A stretch of DNA of 64,000 nt from Macrostomum lignano. Its lineage: Eukaryota. The stretch's first letter is position 1. Each line of letters starts with the position of its first letter. The translations under genes and the position numbers were made by a program. Below, one piece after another: positions 26,101 to 38,511 of this stretch. The stretch spans positions 1-64,000 of the forward strand of contig NIVC01001157.1 of the NCBI GenBank assembly GCA_002269645.1. The letters are read 5' to 3'. The notes under the pieces are model-generated. The model searched no databases. It saw nothing but the letters and a program-made list of their open reading frames with translations, and was not told where the DNA came from.

Positions 26101-29100
26101 TACAGACTCCACAGGTCCACCTCCGGTCCGTACATGGCGTCCTCTGAGAACAGCTCAGGCGCGGCGTACTCCGGCGAGCCGCAATGAGTTCTCAGTTGAC
26201 GATTCTGGTCGAATATGTTGCTCAAGCCGAAATCTGAGCAGGTCAGTTTGAGAAGATTTTTAATTTACCACGTAAAAAGAGAGCTGATTTCTACGCCTAA
26301 GTTTTAAAAACCAAACCAAAAAATGGTTAAAACTCTGTTATTTATATTTCAGTAGGTTAAAAGTGAAAGATCAGCCAACGGACGACAGTTACCGCATATT
26401 TTTACGTTTCTTCGCTTTTCGTCTAGCAGAATATTTTCCATTTTTAAGTCTCTGAAAAATTAGCAGCAAATTGAGAGCTACGACTGGATTTGATTTGCGA
26501 CGCATTTAAATTGGTGCCGAAATCGACAAGTTGTAAAAAAAATTCGCAAACCGGTGTACAACGCCGCGTTCGTGCATGTAGTGCAGAGCCGATACCATCT
26601 GGCGGAAAAAGTTTCTAGCCAAGTGTTCCGGCAGCCGGTTGTCCTTGAAACCTTTCATGAAGCTGGTGATTGTGCCACCGCCAGCCATCTCGGATACCAG
26701 ACAGTAGAATGTACCCGCCTACAGTTGAGAGAACAGTTGCACAGGTTAATTCCTGTCCGTAAAATGGGTGCCAGCAATAGCTGGGGTAATTGAGGGTGTG
26801 TGAGGCGACCCCCCAGTCCTTGGACTGAACAGCCGTACGCAGCCTTCAGATTCGCCGCACATTTGTCCATCAGGGCAGGGGTAATCAGTTATTATTGTTA
26901 TCTATGTTTAAAAAGTGATGTTTAACATTTATGGCAGCTGTCGGCAAACTAGAGGAGAGGGAATAGAGATAGGAGAAAGAAGAGATGAGGGAATAAAGAA
27001 AAATAGAGGAGTCGTGAGGAGAGGAGAGGGGAGAGGAGAGGAGAGGGGAGAGGAGAGGAGAGGGGAGAGGAGAGGAGAGGAGAGGAGAGGAGAGGAGAGG
27101 AGAGGAGAGGAGAGGAGAGGAGAGGAGAGGAGAGGAGAGTAGAGTAGAGGAGAGGAGAGGAGAGGAGAGGAGAGGAGAGGAGAGGAGAGGAGAGGAGAGG
27201 AGAGGAGAGGAGAGGAGAGGAGAGTAGAGGAGAGGAGAGGAGAGGAGAGGAGAGTAGAGGAGAGGAGAGGAGAGGAGAGGAGAGGAGAGGAGAGGAGAGG
27301 AGAGGAGAGGAGAGGAGAGGAGAGGAGAGGAGAGGAGAGGAGAGGAGAGGAGAGGAGAGGAGAGGAGAGGAGAGGAGAGGAGAGGAGAGGAGAGGAGAGG
27401 AGAGGAGAGAGAGGAGAGGAGAGGAGAGGAGAGGAGAGGAGAGGAGAGTAGAGGAGAGTAGAGGAGAGGAGAGGAGAGTAGAGGAGAGGAGAGGAGAGTA
27501 GAGGAGAGGAAAGGAGAGGAGGAGAGGAGAGGAGAGGAGAGGAGAGGAGAGGAGAGGAGAGTAGAGGAGAGTAGAGGAGAGGAGAGGAGAGGAGAGGAGA
27601 GTAGAGGAGAGTAGAGGAGAGGAGAGGAGAGTAGAGGAGAGGAGAGGAGAGTAGAGGAGAGGAAAGGAGAGGAGAGGAAAGGAGAGGAGAGGAGAGGAGA
27701 GCTGAGAAGAGACGCAAGCGGCCGGATTGCTATTGTGAAGTTTCAGAGGACCCGAGGGCCGGATAGAGAGAGGCTCTGCGGGCCACTTGCGGCCGGAGTT
27801 TGACGACCCACATGATCTATGATTAACTAGATTATGAGTAGAATGACATTGTAGTACTCTCAAGTTGTGTAAAGTTCGAGACAGATTTTTCCTCGGTAAA
27901 GCTCCTTGTACGAGCAACGTTGTGCAAAAGCAAATCTCTTGTCTAGTCTTTGTTTAGTCTTTTGTCATTAAAGTTGTAAAGTATAGCGAATCTTGTAAAA
28001 TTTGAAGCAAGGAGTGAGGTGGTGGGTCCGGCGGGGGAGCAATGTGCAATGTGCGGCGCGATTGTACGCGTTCGAGCCAGCCAATGGGAGCTAAGCAAGG
28101 GTTTTATCGATCGCTCTTATTAACTTGTACTAAATAACTAATAGAGTTTTAAAACTTACCTTGAGCGATTCAAAATAACGAATTATATTGGGATGGCGCA
28201 ACTGGGAGAGGATCCGCGCCTCCCTGTACAAATTGTTTCGCACGTAGTCGTCACTAATTTTTTTCGTGTCGATTATTTTTACAGCCACCTTGAGGATTGA
28301 GGAAAAACGGTAAATTTAAGTCAAAATAGAGTTTTGTGGGAAATATTCGATCGATAAATGTGTCCTTTCATCAGTTCGGCTTCGCAGTCGCATCAACCGA
28401 AAAGTTATACACCCTGCCGCTGCGAAGTCATTCTCATTAACAACTTTTCCACTTTGCCAAAAAGAATTTTGTGTATTTGTCAGCTACATTGGCTCTCGGA
28501 GATGATTGGGATCTGTTTTCCAAACTAATTCCTGGTCCCCAAGGGGTCACAGTGAGGGGATGTGACCTCCCTGGTCTGATATGCTCTACCCTCCCCTGAT
28601 TTCCCATGAGACCCTTCGATAAGTTCCCAACTATGAGCAGAGCGAGCGATGGAGGAGAGTTTCAGGCACGGGTGTCTAATCACTTGGCTGCTGACTGGCG
28701 CACTAATTACACTTTTGCACGCTGCCATTTCCTGGACACTTACAGTTGTTGAACAGGTGGCGCACTGAGCCTAGAATGCAATGCTTAATTCTTTCTTGTA
28801 TCAGATGTGTTATCAATCCTATTGTCTTTTGTACGATTGTCTCAACCTTTTGGGGTTCTTCAGCTGACCAAAACTACTCAAACCTCGGGTTCTCTCAGTT
28901 GACCAAAGCTACTCAACCCTCGGGTTCTTCATTTGACCAAAGCTACTCAACCTTGGGTTCTCTCAGTTGACCAAAGCTACTCAACCTATGGGTCCTCAGT
29001 TGACCAAAGCTACTCAACCTATGGGTCCTCAGTTGACCAAAGCTACTCAACCCTCGGGTTCTTCATTTGACCAAAGCTACTCAACCTTGGGTTCTCTCAG

Positions 29101-30008
29101 TTGACCAAAGCTACTCAACCTATGGGTCCTCAGTTGACCAAAGCTACTCAACCCTCGGGTTCTTCAGTTGACCAAAGCTACTCAACCTATGGGTCCTCAG
29201 TTGACCAAAGCTACTCAACCCTCGGGTTCTTCATTTGACCAAAGCTACTCAACCTTGGGTTCTCTCAGTTGACCAAAGCTACTCAACCTATGGGTCCTCA
29301 GTTGACCAAAGCTACTCAACCCTCGGGTTCTTCAGTTGACCAAAGCTACTCAACCTTGGGTTCTCTCAGTTGACCAAAGCTACTCAACCTATGGGTCCTC
29401 AGTTGACCAAAGCTACTCAACCTATGGGTCCTCAGTTGACCAAAGCTACTCAACCCTCGGGTTCTTCATTTGACCAAAGCTACTCAACCTTGGGTTCTCT
29501 CAGTTGACCAAAGCTACTCAACCTATGGGTCCTCAGTTGACCAAAGCTACTCAACCTATGGGTCCTCAGTTGACCAAAGCTACTCAACCTATGGGTCCTC
29601 AGTTGACCAAAGCTACTCAACCTATGGGTCCTCAGTTGACCAAAGCTACTCAACCCTCGGGTTCTTCATTTGACCAAAGCTACTCAACCCTCGGGTTCTT
29701 CATTTGACCAAAGCTACTCAACCTTGGGTTCTCTCAGTTGATCAAAGCTACTCAACCCTCGAGTTCTTCAGTTGACCAAAGCTACTTGACTCACCCTCGG
29801 GACACTGATACTGCAGCTGGCCACATGCAGCTAACAACTTCAAAATAACAAGCATTCGAAGCACAATAGTAACCCTGTGCATCAGAAGCAAGCTCACCTT
29901 GCACTTAGTGACATCGTGCACCGCCAATTCAACTCGAGCAAAGCTGCCTCTGCCAAGAGTGTGGCCGCACATGGCGTACTTGCCGATGCACTGAATCCGC
30001 CTGCCCAT
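14137..30008 (-). CDS. HUNK/MARK-like (CAMK group) Ser/Thr kinase with a UBA-like region and a low-complexity tail; multi-exon, 3' end not resolved
   Basis: Phase-consistent GT-AG exons: 29898-30008 (GRGSFARV), 28160-28288 (VAVK...RHPNI), 26552-26718 (...GVVHR), 26393-26451 (DLKMEN), 26104-26233 (DFG...[10 protein letters not shown]...DLWS), 25303-25448, 24499-24653, 19256-19385 (UBA-like), 17614-17816, 17211-17412, 16302-16414, 15011-15630, 14137-14263. The kinase exons are high confidence; the tail exons are less certain. Confidence 0.88.
14335..15000. repeat. (CCCAT)/(CATCCT) low-complexity repeat, intronic
   Basis: Direct reading. Confidence 0.85.
16795..17150. repeat. 23-bp minisatellite (CTAGGTCTTCTAGATGCTCTCTT), intronic
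   Basis: About 15 near-identical units. Confidence 0.92.
17865..19250. repeat. 26-bp minisatellite (GATCCCAAACTCCCAGATTCTGAAAT), intronic
   Basis: About 50 diverged units filling the intron between exons 17816 and 19256. Confidence 0.93.
20080..20750. repeat. 24-28-bp minisatellite (CCCCATTTAGAAAAAAACACACGGGAAT)
   Basis: Direct reading; unit length varies in the A-tract. Confidence 0.9.
21190..22085. repeat. 22/23-bp minisatellite (CCCAGGTTTCTAGATGTGGACA)
   Basis: About 40 units. Confidence 0.93.
22455..22940. repeat. TGTGGTAG-based composite minisatellite
   Basis: Direct reading. Confidence 0.85.
23712..24068. repeat. (ACTG)n microsatellite
   Basis: Long near-perfect tetranucleotide run with one interruption near 23925-23960. 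Confidence 0.95.
24680..25140. repeat. TTGACCCATTGTGACC-type short tandem repeat
   Basis: Degenerate 11-12/22-23-bp units. Confidence 0.8.
25650..25955. repeat. 28-bp purine-rich minisatellite (GGAGTAGAGGAGGTAGAGAGGGAGAAWT)
   Basis: About 11 units. Confidence 0.88.
26752..26885 (+). mobile_element. 5'-truncated copy of the tRNA-derived SINE
   Basis: GTAAAATGGGTGCCAGCAATAGCTGGGGTAATTGAGG...AGTCCTTGGACTGAACAGCCGTACGCAGCCTTCA matches the reverse complement of 36640-36800. Confidence 0.8.
26935..27814. mobile_element. hAT (Charlie-like) MITE carrying a (GGAGA)n microsatellite
   Basis: Imperfect TIRs CAGCTGTCGGCAAACT / AGTTTGACGACCCACATG, subterminal GGCC-rich motifs, and 8-bp flanks ATTTATGG / ATCTATGA (6/8 identical). 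Confidence 0.6.
27015..27700. repeat. (GGAGA)n microsatellite
   Basis: Direct reading. Confidence 0.95.
28850..29790. repeat. 33/34-bp minisatellite (TTGACCAAAGCTACTCAACCTATGGGTCCTCAG), intronic
   Basis: About 28 units made of three recurring variants; no unique spacers. Confidence 0.93.
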
Positions 30009-31269
30009 GCCGCAGCGCTGGCCATCAGTCAGAGCGGCATCGGCGGCTGCCACTCAGGCTTTGAGGGATCCGACAGGATGGCCTGATGTCTCAACGTTCC
30101 AGTCTGGTAGATTGTCAAATTTGGAGTCCTGATCTCAAGACTGAGACGTCTATATAATGTAACAACGGAATAATCGATACTTGCTACTTAATTTTCATTG
30201 GCTGAACGGCCGCTGTGACTCCATGGTTTAAGGCCAGTTTTAGTCAAGTTTGACTACTTTAAGTAGAGAAAAGCGGAACATCTATTTCAATAGGTCCAGT
30301 AGCTACTTTTGATGCTAGAAACGATTCTGTCCAAAGATGCAATTAGGAATTATACCTTGAGTGACAGGGCTGAGCTACTGCTTAAACTGCAGTTGTCCTC
30401 AATGGAGACTTCTTTAGCTAGGTATAGCTTTTGTCTTCTATGCCATGGATGTCTGAGTTCTGAGCAGTGTTGATGCAAAGACAAGCCTGAATACAATGCA
30501 TTCACTAGAGGGAGGGTGAAGCCCCCAGCGAAACTCCTTGAGAAAAACTATTCAGGCAGTTCTGTCTTTCGTACATGTATTCTGACACTGCCATGTACTC
30601 TGCTATCCTGCAGTATCCTGAGCACTTATTTGTTACACGCAGTCCTTATTCCCACCCTGAATTCGAAGGCCTCTTGGCAACTTAGCATTGTCGGATTCTC
30701 GCTATTTTTTAGCAAGTAAATTCCTCTTTAATTGTTTCACCTTCTCTTAGTTAAGGACGCCTTAAGTTTGACATCTGGACTGGCCATGCATTCAAAATTT
30801 AAAGGTGTAGTTGAACATAAACAAAACTTTTTTGTTTAAATTTTTTGGAGAGATTGCTCGCAACACCTGATAAATTAGCGGTTCATCTTTTGCATGAAAA
30901 GTGGAAAATTCCTAGGGAAAAAATGGCCCTCCCGCTTGTAGAGGCTTCTTCCACCCCACAACACTTGTTAGACACAGCACCCCAAAGCTCCAGCAGCTCT
31001 AACTTAAGCTCTATCCATGCTGCAAAGCCAACCCCGGCATGCCCGGTCACCATTGGCAACCAATCAACCCAAAGCTGCGGTCCGTCGAGAGGTAAATAGA
31101 CACAGTAGCCCGTAGAAGAGCTGTGGAAGGATTCTCTCCACTTTTCCTGCAGAGGAGAAGAAGCTTTATTTGCTAGGAACTTACAAATTGGCTGGCATCC
31201 GCAAGTAAGTTTAAATATCGATATAATATCCCCAATAATGCAATGGTTACTAAAATGGTTACAAGTATA

Positions 31270-32860
31270 TATTGCAGGGGTGGAAGTATGTGTTGCAGTG
31301 GTCGAAGTATGTGTTGCAGTGGTGGAAGTTTGTGTTGCAGTGGTGGAAGTATGTGTTGCAGTGGTGGAAGTATGTGTTGCAGTGGTGAAAATATGTATTG
31401 CAGTGGTGGAAGTATGTGTTGCTGTGCTGGAAGTATGTGTTGCAGTGGTGGAAGTATGTGCTGCTCTGCTAGAAGTATGTGTATGTGTTGCAGTAGTGGA
31501 AGTATGTGTTGCAGTGGTGGAAGTATGTGTTGCAGTAGTGGAAGTATGTGTTGCAGTGGTGGAAGTATGTGTTGCAGTGGTGGAAGTATGTGTTGTTGTG
31601 CTGGAAGTATGTGTTGCAGTGGTGGAAGTATGTGTTGCAGTGGTGGAAGTATGTGTTGCAGTGGTGGAAGTATGTGTTGTTGTGCTGGAAGTATGTGTTG
31701 CAGTAGTGGAAGTATGTGTTGCAGTGGTGGAAGTATGTGTTGCAGTGGTGGAAGTATGTGTTGTTGTGCTGGAAGTATGTGTTGCAGTAGTGGAAGTATG
31801 TGTTGCAGTGGTGGAAGTATGTGCTGCAGTGGTGGAAGTATGTGTTGCAGTGGTGGAAGTATGTGTTGCAGTGTTGGAAGTATGTGTTGCAGTGGTGGAA
31901 GTATGTGTTGCAGTAGTGGAAGTATGTGTTGCAGTGGTTGAAGTATGTGCTGCAGTGGTGGAAGCATGTGTTGTTGTGCTGGAAGTATGTGTTGCAGTGG
32001 TGGAAGTATGTGCTGCTCTGCTAGAAGTATGTGTTGCAGTGGTGGAAGTATGTGTTGTTGTGCTGGAAGTATGTGTTGCAGTAGTGGAAGTATGTGTTGC
32101 AGTGGTGGAAGTATGTGTTGCTGTGCTGGAAGTATGTGTTGCAGTGGTGGAAGTATGTGTGCAGTGGTGGAAGTATGTGTTGCAGTGGTGGAAATATGTA
32201 TTGCAGTGGTGGAAGTTTGTGTTACAGTGGTGGAAGTATGTGTTGCAGTGCTGGAAGTATGTGTTGCAGTAGTGGAAGTATGTGTTGCAGTGGTGGAAGT
32301 ATGTGTTGCAGTGGTGGAAATATGTATTGCAGTGGTGGAAGTTTGTGTTACAGTGGTGGAAGTATGTGTTGCTGTGCTGGAAGTATGTGTTGCAGTGTTG
32401 AAAGTATGTGTTGCAGTGGTGGAAATATGTATTGCAGTGGTGGAAGTATGGGTGTTACAGTGTAGAACTACGTGTTACAGTGGTGGAAGTATGTGTTGCT
32501 GTGCTGGAAGTATGTGCTGCTCTGCTAGAAGTATGTGTATGTGTTGCAGTAGTGGAAGTATGTGTTGCAGTGGTGGAAGTATGTGTTGCAGTAGTGGAAG
32601 TATGTGTTGCAGTGGTGGAAGTATGTGTTGCAGTGGTGGAAGTATGTGTTGCAGTGGTGGAAGTTTGTGTTGCAGTGGTGGAAGTATGTGTTGTTGTGCT
32701 AGAAGTATGTGTTACAGTGATAGAACAATGTACTACAGTGGTGGAAGTATGTGTTACAGTGATAGATCAATGTACTACAGTGGTGGAAGTATGTGTTACA
32801 GTGATAGATCAATGTGCTACAGTGGTGAAAGTATGTGTTACAGTGATAGAACAATGTGCT
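31270..32860. repeat. 21-bp minisatellite (GTGGAAGTATGTGTTGCAGTG) between the divergent genes
   Basis: About 75 units. Confidence 0.94.
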
Positions 32861-32982
32861 ACAAACGTCAAAACGATTTACGGAGCTTGTGTCAAATGTG
32901 CCAAAAAGTTTCAAATTGCTTTCCAATTTTTTCAGGTACAATTGTCTGACCAAATCGAGTTATAAAAACTGAACCAGCATCC

Positions 32983-35900
32983 ATGGCTAGCGGAGCTGTT
33001 TCGCTGGCACTGCAACTGTTGCTGGTGTCTCTAGTAGGAGCGGCAGCTGGCGACCCGATGGGGTTTCACTGTCCCACCGGCGACACGAACTGTTACGTCA
33101 CTGTGCAGAGGAGTTCAACAACCAACTCGTTTAGCGACCCGTGCGGTCCCGGCGGGTTTCAACCCATAACGAAAAATATTCTGCAATATTTGCAAACTTC
33201 TCCGGCTTTGAGGGCGGCGCTTAATAGCTCGTAAGAGAGCGGCTCATAGATGCCGATTTCTAAGGTTGATAATTCCAAAAGACTGAAGGGATGAGCTGGA
33301 TTTTGCATTAAATATTTGCTACTGTTATAAAGCTCAATTTTGTGTACAATAATTTGCAAAATGCGATTCTTGTGATACACTGGCGACTGGGAAAGTTGAT
33401 ACGAGCGTAACTACCTGTATTTGCACCTGTATCTGTATCTGTACCTGTATTTGCACCTGTATCTGTATCTGTACTTGTATTTGCACCTGTATCTGTATCT
33501 GTACCTGTATTTGCATCTGTATCTGTATCTTTACCTGTATCTGTACTTGTATTTGCACCTGTATCTGTATCTGTATCTGTACTTGTACCTGTATCTGTAT
33601 TTGCACCTGTATCTGTATCTGTACCTGTATTTGCACCTGTATCTGTATCTGTACCTGTATTTGCATCTGTATCTGTATCTGTATCTGTACTTGTACCTGT
33701 ACCTGTATCTGTATTTGCACCTGTATCTGTATCTGTACCTGTATTTGCACCTGTATCTGTATCTGTACCTGTATTTGCACCTGTATCTGTATCTGTACCT
33801 GTATTTGCACCTGTATCTGTATCTGTACTTGTATTTGCACCTGTATCTGTATCTGTACCTGTACCTGTATCTGTACCTTTATCTGTACCTGTACCTGTAT
33901 CTGTATCTGTACCTGTACCTGTATCTGTATCTGTACCTGTATTTGCACCTGTATCTGTATCTGTATCTTTACCTGAATCTGTATCTGTACTTGCATTTGC
34001 ACCTGTATCTGTATCTGTATCTTTACCTGTATCTGTACTTGTATTTGTACCTGTATCTGTATCTGTATCTTTACCTGTATCTGTACTTGTATTTGTACCT
34101 GTATCTGTATCTGTATCTTTACCTGTATCTGTACTTGTATTTGTACCTGTATCTGTATCTGTACTTGCATTTGCACCTGTATTTGCATCTGTATCTGCAT
34201 CTGTATCTGTACCTGTATTTGCACCTGTGCCTGTACCTGTACCTGTATATATGTACCTGCATATGTGCCTGTATCTGTACCTGTATATGTACCCGCATCT
34301 GTATCTTAGGACCAGGGAAGGTTGCTAACAGCTACCTGGACGAAAATTTACTCCATAAATATTTTACTCTATATGAAGAAACTCCTTAACCCATCGCAGA
34401 GCGCCTGTAGTCATCGCCGAGTCTCCAGGACGCTCAACCGCCAGCCAGACTGCCTGCTGGGCTGGCAGCCGCAACGCCAGCATTTCGTCTGCGCTGACCA
34501 ACTTGCCAACAATGCCAACTCCGCCTTTGTCGGGCCAACCTTCGGCTGAACAGGACAGACCAAAAGTTGCCACAGTGATGGCCAATGCCACTGGAGGCGG
34601 TGGAAAGGCTGTTGTTGTAACCCTCATTGATCCGGCCTCTCTGCGTCCGTTGATGTGCGAAGTTTCTCTGGGCTCGTCTTCTTTTCTGGACTCCAGTCCC
34701 GATGTGGCTGCGTGTGAGTGTCCGCTTCATCATGGATACTTTAGCACTGAACTGATCAGGTTTGAGGGTTCACTGGTGCAACGCCTTTGGCGACATCGTC
34801 ACTCAAACACACTCTCACATAGGGTGTACATCGAGTGGCCCTGACTTTCTAATCGTCAGTCATGTAAACTCTCTGGGGCTTGCTCTCATGGTTAAGAATC
34901 GCACCAAAACCGCACGCGCTGATTTCTGTGAACAAATGAGTCGTGACGCTAGATGTAGATGTTTGTGATGTTTGCCGTTGGTCTGCTGATCTCCCTAGTG
35001 ATCAGAAGATAATGGCGAATGCGACTGAGGTAAAAGTAAGATCTAACCAATAATCCAACTAAATCCTTACGAGTAGTTCGATTCCTTAGTTTGGGGCCTG
35101 AGGTTTTGTTGTGCTATTTACGCCAGTGATGGGAAACTCTAAGGCGCAGAGTGAGTACTCAGTCTGCAAATAACGTACACCAAGGGATTGGCAAATTTTT
35201 TTTTACCTCAATGTAGACTAAGGCAGAGAGATACAACTGAGAGTTGACGAAGCCTCTTGGCGTTTATTAGATCGATACGCAGGTTAAATACGATACAACG
35301 ATTGTTACATAACTGGGTATAAAAGATAGAGACAGGGGTGGGTGAAAAGCACGTACATGCTGTACAATAGCAACCCCCACCCCGCTCTAGCGACTGGCGC
35401 ATACAAGTACACTTGCAACTCACTACATCAAGGGCCAGGTAGAGAATCATCAAGGGTTAGAAGAGAGTATATTATAGGATAGGGAATAGAAAATGAGAAA
35501 TGAGAGAAGCGAGAAGATGCGAGAAATGAGATAAGGGAAGGGATAAGAAAAAAGGAGAGGGGGGAGTGAGAAGAGAGAGAGGAGATGAGAGAAGAGAGAG
35601 AGGAGATGAGAGAAGAGAGAGAGGGGATGAGAGAAGAGAGAGGGAGAGAGAGAAGAGAGACGGGAGATGAGAGAAGTGAGACGGGAAAGTGAGAAGGGAG
35701 AGGGGAGAGTGAGAAGAGAGACGGGAGATGAGAGAAGTGAGACGGGAGAGTGAGAAGAGAGACGGGAGATGAGAGAAGTGAGACGGGAGAGTGAGAAGAG
35801 AGACGGGAGATGAGAGAAGTGAGACGGGAGAGTGAGAAGAGAGAGGAGAGAGTGAGAAGAGAGACGGGAGATGAGAGAAGTGAGACGGAAGAGTGAGAAG

Positions 35901-38418
35901 AGAGAGGGGAGAGTGAGAAGAGAGACGGGAGATGAGAGAAGTGAGACGGGAGAGTGAGAAGAGAGACGGGAGATGAGAGAAGTGAGACGGGAGAGTGAGA
36001 AGAGAGAGGGGAGAGTGAGAAGAGAGACGGGAGATGAGAGAAGTGAGACGGGAGAGTGAGAAGAGAGAGGGGAGACTGAGAAGAGACAAAAGTTAAGCGG
36101 ACGGGATCGCTGTATTTGTAAAGTTTCAAAGGACCCGATGGCCGGATAGAGAGGCTTCCCGGGCAGGAGTTTGTCGATCCCTGACGCACGTGGAATGGGC
36201 CTTGACTACTTTAGACAGTCCCAGTGCGAACTAAATAAACTAAAGAAGAAAACGCTTTAAAGAGTCAGGTTATATTGCATAAATAATCCAACTGCACGAA
36301 CTCCCAATTCGCAGATGTGTGCTACCAACTGCTAGGAATGTGCTACTACGTCACTAAAAATTCGTTCAATTGGACGGCCGCCAACTCCGGGAGCTGCTCA
36401 TCCAGTGGAAAGCTGGCGCTTGCCAAGGACTCAAGCGAAGAAGCACTAATTAGGTTTGGTTTTCTCGACTTTATATTACTCCTACTAATGGCAATCTCTA
36501 GAAATCTGTCGTGAAGCCCTGTGGGAATATAGAAAATTTGTAAACCTTGAACCGGAAGTTTCCATGAGAAAGATTCGAAGAATTTTAATGCCGTATGAAA
36601 CCCTTGAGAACATATTTCAGTAAGAATAAAAATTGCTTACACCTGCCCCAATAGGCAGATGTGCAACCGACAGCTCAGCCGCAGCTATTGCGCGGCGCAT
36701 TTGAAGGCTGCGTACGGCTGTTCAGTCCAAGGACTGGGGGGGGGGGTCGCCACACACATCCTCAATTACCCCAGCTAATGCTGGTACCCATTTTACAGCT
36801 GGGTGAACTGAAGGAATGCAGAGTCGAGTGTCTTGCTCAAGGACGCAATTGTTCCGAGTGGGTCGAGAATCGAACCCCCGACCTTTCAGTCGTGAGTCCG
36901 ATGCTCAACCACTGGACTACAACCCCGGGCATAGAATTCACCATTCGATTGAATGGAATATAGACTTCAAGATAACCTCGAAATACTTATAAACCACTCA
37001 GGAAGACAAGGAAAGTTATCAAGCAAAGGTTTCAAGACATTGCATGATGCCGATTGCTTTGCAGATCATTTGTCCTGACGCTTAACCTGAGCACCGAGTA
37101 CTACATTCAAGCGCGAGAGTGCTCGCTCGAGTACGTCATGCCGTTCTCTAACGATACCCTGACGGACTTTGTTGAGCCCATGAGCCTAGGTTCACCTCCT
37201 GAGCGGTTCCGCGTTACCCGGTTCCCCGCCTGCATCAGAATTGACGTTGCTAATGGCGATCTGATAATGGAGGCAAACTGTACTTTAAGCGACTGGGTCT
37301 GCTATCGAACTGTTCGTAAGTAGATTCTTGGATTGTTTTCATGGGACGCACCTTTAAATCTAGGCGTTTTAAGGGAACTCAGCAGGAGGGGAATCTGTCA
37401 CCTTAGCGGCTGGACAAAACCATTCTTCATTGTTCAAATTGCAGCCATGTCAGTCAACAGCTCACTTTGCGATGGCTCCAACTGTTATTCATTTTGGAAC
37501 TTCGGGCAGACTCAAGCGCCAAGATCAGCTGCTTTGGAAAGATGCCCGGGAGCTCTGGTAGGCCTGATGGAGCTCAACGAGCTGAAGAGCGGGTCAATTT
37601 ACATTCCTGTGGACGGTGTGACTGGGTGAGTGAATTGTCCTTATTGGGTCAGTGAATATCGTTTTAATTTATACGACATCGCAGATAATAAGCACTGTGC
37701 ACTTGAAGATTACGAGCTAGCAGCCGATCTTTTTCAAAACTCAAAATAAGAGTTTCAAAACAGCCAACTGGTTTAAAATATTTCTAGACTTGATGTTTAA
37801 AGAAAAAAATGATTAAATTTAGTATTAATATGCATTAACCAGTATAAATATCCATTGTGACATAAAGTTAATGATAAATTTTACATTAATTAGGTAACTA
37901 TTCGTAAATGTGTTAATGATCCCGGAATCCGTACGTTAAATCAATAGCCATCTTAACCAATTTTAGTACCTTCACCTACCATACCGGGATCAAGAAGCAT
38001 CCAAGAGCGAGCCGCATTTTCTTACTGAACTCCAACACTTCAACTAGCAATCCGGTGCAAGTGGAGGTGAAAAATCCCAATGAAGATTTTCAACAGCACT
38101 GCCTGCAGATGCGATTGAATTCGACGCACTCTCTGGGAATATTTGCCGTAAAATGCGACGAGAGTGCCAATGCCACCGCGCTCATCTGTCAGTACCCGAA
38201 CGGAACCATGGCGCCGTTCGATGCATCGAGCAACTATTTGACTTTTAAGACAGCTATTGGGGAATGCCAGGCTAAATGTGGCGATTTTAGCTGTCATTTG
38301 CCGAGGCAGCTGACAGGCAGCAGCAACAGCAGCGAAGGGGCTCGAAGGAGAAAGCGCAGGTTTTTGAGAGAGACATTGAATGTAGTAGGAGATGTCACCA
38401 AGGCCTTAGTAGGAGGTG
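32983..38418 (+). CDS. Secreted protein with signal peptide and several C-type-lectin-like Cys-rich modules; multi-exon, continues downstream
   Basis: Phase-consistent GT-AG exons: 32983-33230 (MASGAVSLALQLLLVSLVGAAAG signal), 34400-34713, 36315-36453 (CYYVTKNSFNWTAANSGSCSSSGKLA, CTL-like N-terminus), 37065-37315, 37445-37625, 38048-38418 (ends RRRKRRFLRETLNVVGDVTKALVGG). Confidence 0.78.
33415..34300. repeat. Hexamer microsatellite (TGTATC/TGTACC/TGCACC), intronic
   Basis: Direct reading; lies between exons 33230 and 34400. Confidence 0.93.
35181..36183. mobile_element. Second hAT-type MITE of the same family, with a GA-rich internal minisatellite (35560-36080)
   Basis: Right TIR AGTTTGTCGATCCCTG (36168-36183). 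The preceding about 110 bp is homologous to 27700-27810. The putative left TIR CAAGGGATTGGCAAAT at 35181 is weak. Confidence 0.5.
36638..36926 (-). mobile_element. tRNA-derived SINE with a conserved central domain
   Basis: Minus strand: GTAGTCCAGTGGTTGAGC (A box) ... GGTTCGATTCTC (B box), then CCTTGAGCAAGACAC...CACCCAGCTGTAAAATGGGTACC, resembling V/Deu/Nin-type SINE cores. A second copy is at 26752. Confidence 0.85.
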
Positions 38419-38511
38419 GTAAGTAAAAATTATCCAGGTCTAGTTAGCAATTTTCGACATTTATCCTCTTGAAGACAGGCACTGATATAATTTCTATGAC
38501 GGCTACAGACA

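Noticed and set aside
28850-29790. 33-bp repeat as a CRISPR array
   Set aside because: The units are directly tandem with no unique spacers, there are no cas genes, and it lies in an intron of a eukaryotic kinase gene.
31173-32965. Cys-rich (CCSGGSM)n metallothionein- or keratin-like ORFs
   Set aside because: They derive from a 21-bp minisatellite with frame-breaking indels, lying between two divergent start codons.
36850-36926. Functional tRNA gene
   Set aside because: It has A and B boxes but no clean acceptor stem, and it continues into a SINE body that recurs at 26752.
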